Origin: Ascidiella aspersa
Lineage: Eukaryota
Length of the DNA stretch: 64,000 nucleotides
Reading direction: 5' to 3'
NCBI GenBank assembly: GCA_963924565.1
Contig: OZ004608.1
Coordinates: 16,616,001 to 16,680,000, forward strand
In this document: positions 61,461-64,000 of the stretch, piece by piece
Numbering within the stretch: position 1 is the stretch's first letter
Layout: each line of letters begins with the position of its first letter
Notes under the pieces: generated by a model
Told to the model about the DNA's origin: nothing
The model's input: only the letters and a program-made list of their open reading frames with translations
Database searches by the model: none
Program-made: the position numbers and the translations under genes

Positions 61461-64000
61461 TAATGATGAAAATGCAATTATTTGTTAACTTGCTTTATCG
61501 TAAACCTAAAGAGCAAACAAATGCGAAAATAGTTTATGAACAACTTTAAATCCGCCTTTGCTAACGACCTTCCAACAGTATACCTAACCGCATAGGGCAT
61601 CACGCTATCTCGCTTTCCGCGAAAAAGAAATAAACTTAATGACTTTTCTTGCTGTGCGTAAATCGCTTAGGACCTGTCGATTTGCCGGCCTTCAACGCCA
61701 GGCCTCGAACAGCCTTCGCGCCAGCTCTAGCTCCTGGACGGCCTGATGCCGGTCGAAATTGAAAGCGACAAAATCCTGCTCTCTCCCTATAAACAAGCAC
61801 GACCCGGCCGCAGCACGGCCCGCCCCCGTTTTGCAGTGTTTTCTTTGCGCCTGGCGTCGGCCACGGCAAAACAAAAGAAGCGCAATGGCGATGATTTTTT
61901 CCTTATAGCGCCGCCTGCCCCGATCTACCATTAACAAACTACAGCTTTTCGGGGCTCCTTGAGATTCCTGCCTGCCACCGCATGAAGATTCGAGGATTTA
62001 CGTCGCTTAGCAAAGCCGTCTGTTGACGGTTCACGCGCGGGTCTACGAATCTGATGCATCCGTTTGGTTTAGCTTTCACTAATTACCTCACGGATGGTGA
62101 CGCTTGAGGCAACGAGGCCAACTGCCTTGTCACAAGCATTGTGATAAAAAGCCGCTTGTGTTAAGTATACAAAGTGTAACAAAAGAATTTTGACAACCCT
62201 GACAAATGCGCTTACTAGGTTTTTCTAGTTATGTCTGACAGAACTCATTTCTGAACAATACAAAATCACTTAAAATCAATAAAACTTTTTTTAAATGACG
62301 TAGTAAAAATATTAAAGCCCATAAAGAAGTAGGTATAATTTTGCATGTTTCGAATAACTCTCTAAAATGCATATTTTGTTTTAATAGACTGCATACAACA
62401 TAACAGCAGCCATATTTTACCTACGAGTAGAATTTATGAATTTATCGAACACGAGTCCTAGCGTTTTATAACCAACTTCAATCACCTGTACCGAAAAAGT
62501 AAAACAAGAATGCTTTTCTCTCGGCAAGCCGGCAAAAAATAACTCGTGTGAAACCAACTACCACAACGCATAAAAAGTTTATTATAGACTTAAGGAAGCT
62601 TGAGTAATCTTCCGGCTACGGATGACGCCTTTCGTAGCCGTCGGATCCTAAATCGCTGTCGGCCGTGAGAAAGGCTTTCATCTCGGGTGAGACTGCACTG
62701 CCCACATCGCGCCTGATGCTGATTGATTTTACCACAAATCGACGATCACTTTCTTGCCGGGTTTCGTAATTTCATCTACTTATCCTTCCTCTCAGGTACT
62801 TTACATTTGACACCTGACCAAAAAAAATCAAAACGCTATAGTTCGAATTATGAGATAACAACGTAAATGGTTGCGAAATACACGTATTACTCATCGGTAA
62901 GTTAAGAGTGTCCAGTTATTACTGAAGGTGATACTGCAATATTCCCAAAAGTTCAAAGATCCAGTTTAGTATTGTTCTCAGTCCACTTAGAGTCAAATCA
63001 CTTAGACACTGCTTACATCGCTCGACCTATACCTTAACATGGGCGATACGCTGATACACTCACTTCTTACACCAAACTCCTATATTGACGTTTTTTGAAA
63101 CAATTGTGCGTCACTTGCGTCGCCGTGTCGCGAACGGCCGCCGACTAGTCGCGATAGCGACTTGGAGTTGTCGTTCCTGCTTTGCCGCGCGACCCCTTTC
63201 GCGTCGCGCGCGTAATGAAACACGGTAATAATCGCTAAGCGGGAGAAATTGTTGTCCCGTAACCGGATCCGATAATCGACGGACAGCGACATCGTTTAAG
63301 GTCCCACCGCTGCTGCTGCCGCTTTATGTCACCCCTTTCCATGACAGGTATGTGTGATGCACTGTGTCTCATAGACGACCAGTAGCACGGTATTGCAATT
63401 AAAACCAGAAAACATGTTGGTTTCAAGCATTTTTTAAACGTTGTGCAAGGCGTCCGAAAACGTTATTAGATAAATGAATGTTGTGTGTGATCTTTGTCTG
63501 TCCATATTATCCTCTTTGAATTCCATTGTTCTATACTTATGCTAGTCGCCATCACAAAAAAACCTTAATCTGTTAACGATAAAAAGTGACACGCATCGTT
63601 TGTATATTACACGTACTTACATATATACGTTAAGAAACTAAAACCGACAGCTTATGATGCGTTAAAACAGAGAACTAAATTTATATGCTAGAGCTAATGT
63701 GGTGCAACTTTTTTTGGCAATTTGATATAAGATAAACCGTTAATTGACAACTTAAATGAGTCGGGTATTAGCTAAGTATAATCAACGATTTTGTTTTATT
63801 GTAATATCTGTAGGAACTAACTTTTCAGAGTTTCGTTGAAGTTTGTATTAGGAACTGGTTATGTTCCGCTCATACAGGTGAACCATATAAATGTGAGCGG
63901 AATGCAAAAATCTGAGAAGGAATTTAAATATTAGATTAAAAACCAACGACTGAAACAAAACAAACTTCTAATTCCGAAATCAAGTCAATTTAGGGTTTGC

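Noticed and set aside
41172-64000. let-7 or other conserved miRNAs near Wnt7, as beside human WNT7B
   Set aside because: No mature-sequence match found by eye on either strand; only short seed-like fragments without hairpins.
58000-64000. A further protein-coding gene such as Wnt5 or FBXL14
   Set aside because: None of the short ORFs shows recognisable motifs or a chain of in-phase splice sites.

Overview
Intron-rich, AT-rich animal genomic DNA. The compact introns, divergent Wnt and mosaic CpG pattern suggest a tunicate or ascidian, but the species cannot be fixed from sequence alone. Four spliced genes could be assembled by hand with consistent splice phases. On the + strand these are the 3' part of CDC23/APC8 (371-3817), CLINT1/epsinR (5686-16949) and ATXN10 (19012-32110, which contains a U12-type minor intron). 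On the - strand, convergent with ATXN10, is a Wnt7 gene (35733-57766). This is the ancient ATXN10-Wnt7 microsynteny also seen at human ATXN10-WNT7B. The most striking observation concerns the Wnt7 first exon. The only phase-compatible candidate found is a 647-nt open exon. It places about 190 aa of Cys-rich sequence and a polybasic cluster in front of the hydrophobic signal segment, predicting a ~557-aa Wnt7 with an internal signal or anchor. Other notable items: a 48-nt CLINT1 cassette exon in an intron enriched for Rbfox motifs; many non-autonomous hAT elements with TIRs and 8-bp TSDs, nested between ATXN10 and Wnt7 but not seen in the Wnt7 introns; tandem TCF/LEF sites upstream of Wnt7; and a CpG-depletion boundary inside ATXN10. 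No tRNA, rRNA, CRISPR or transposase gene was recognised.
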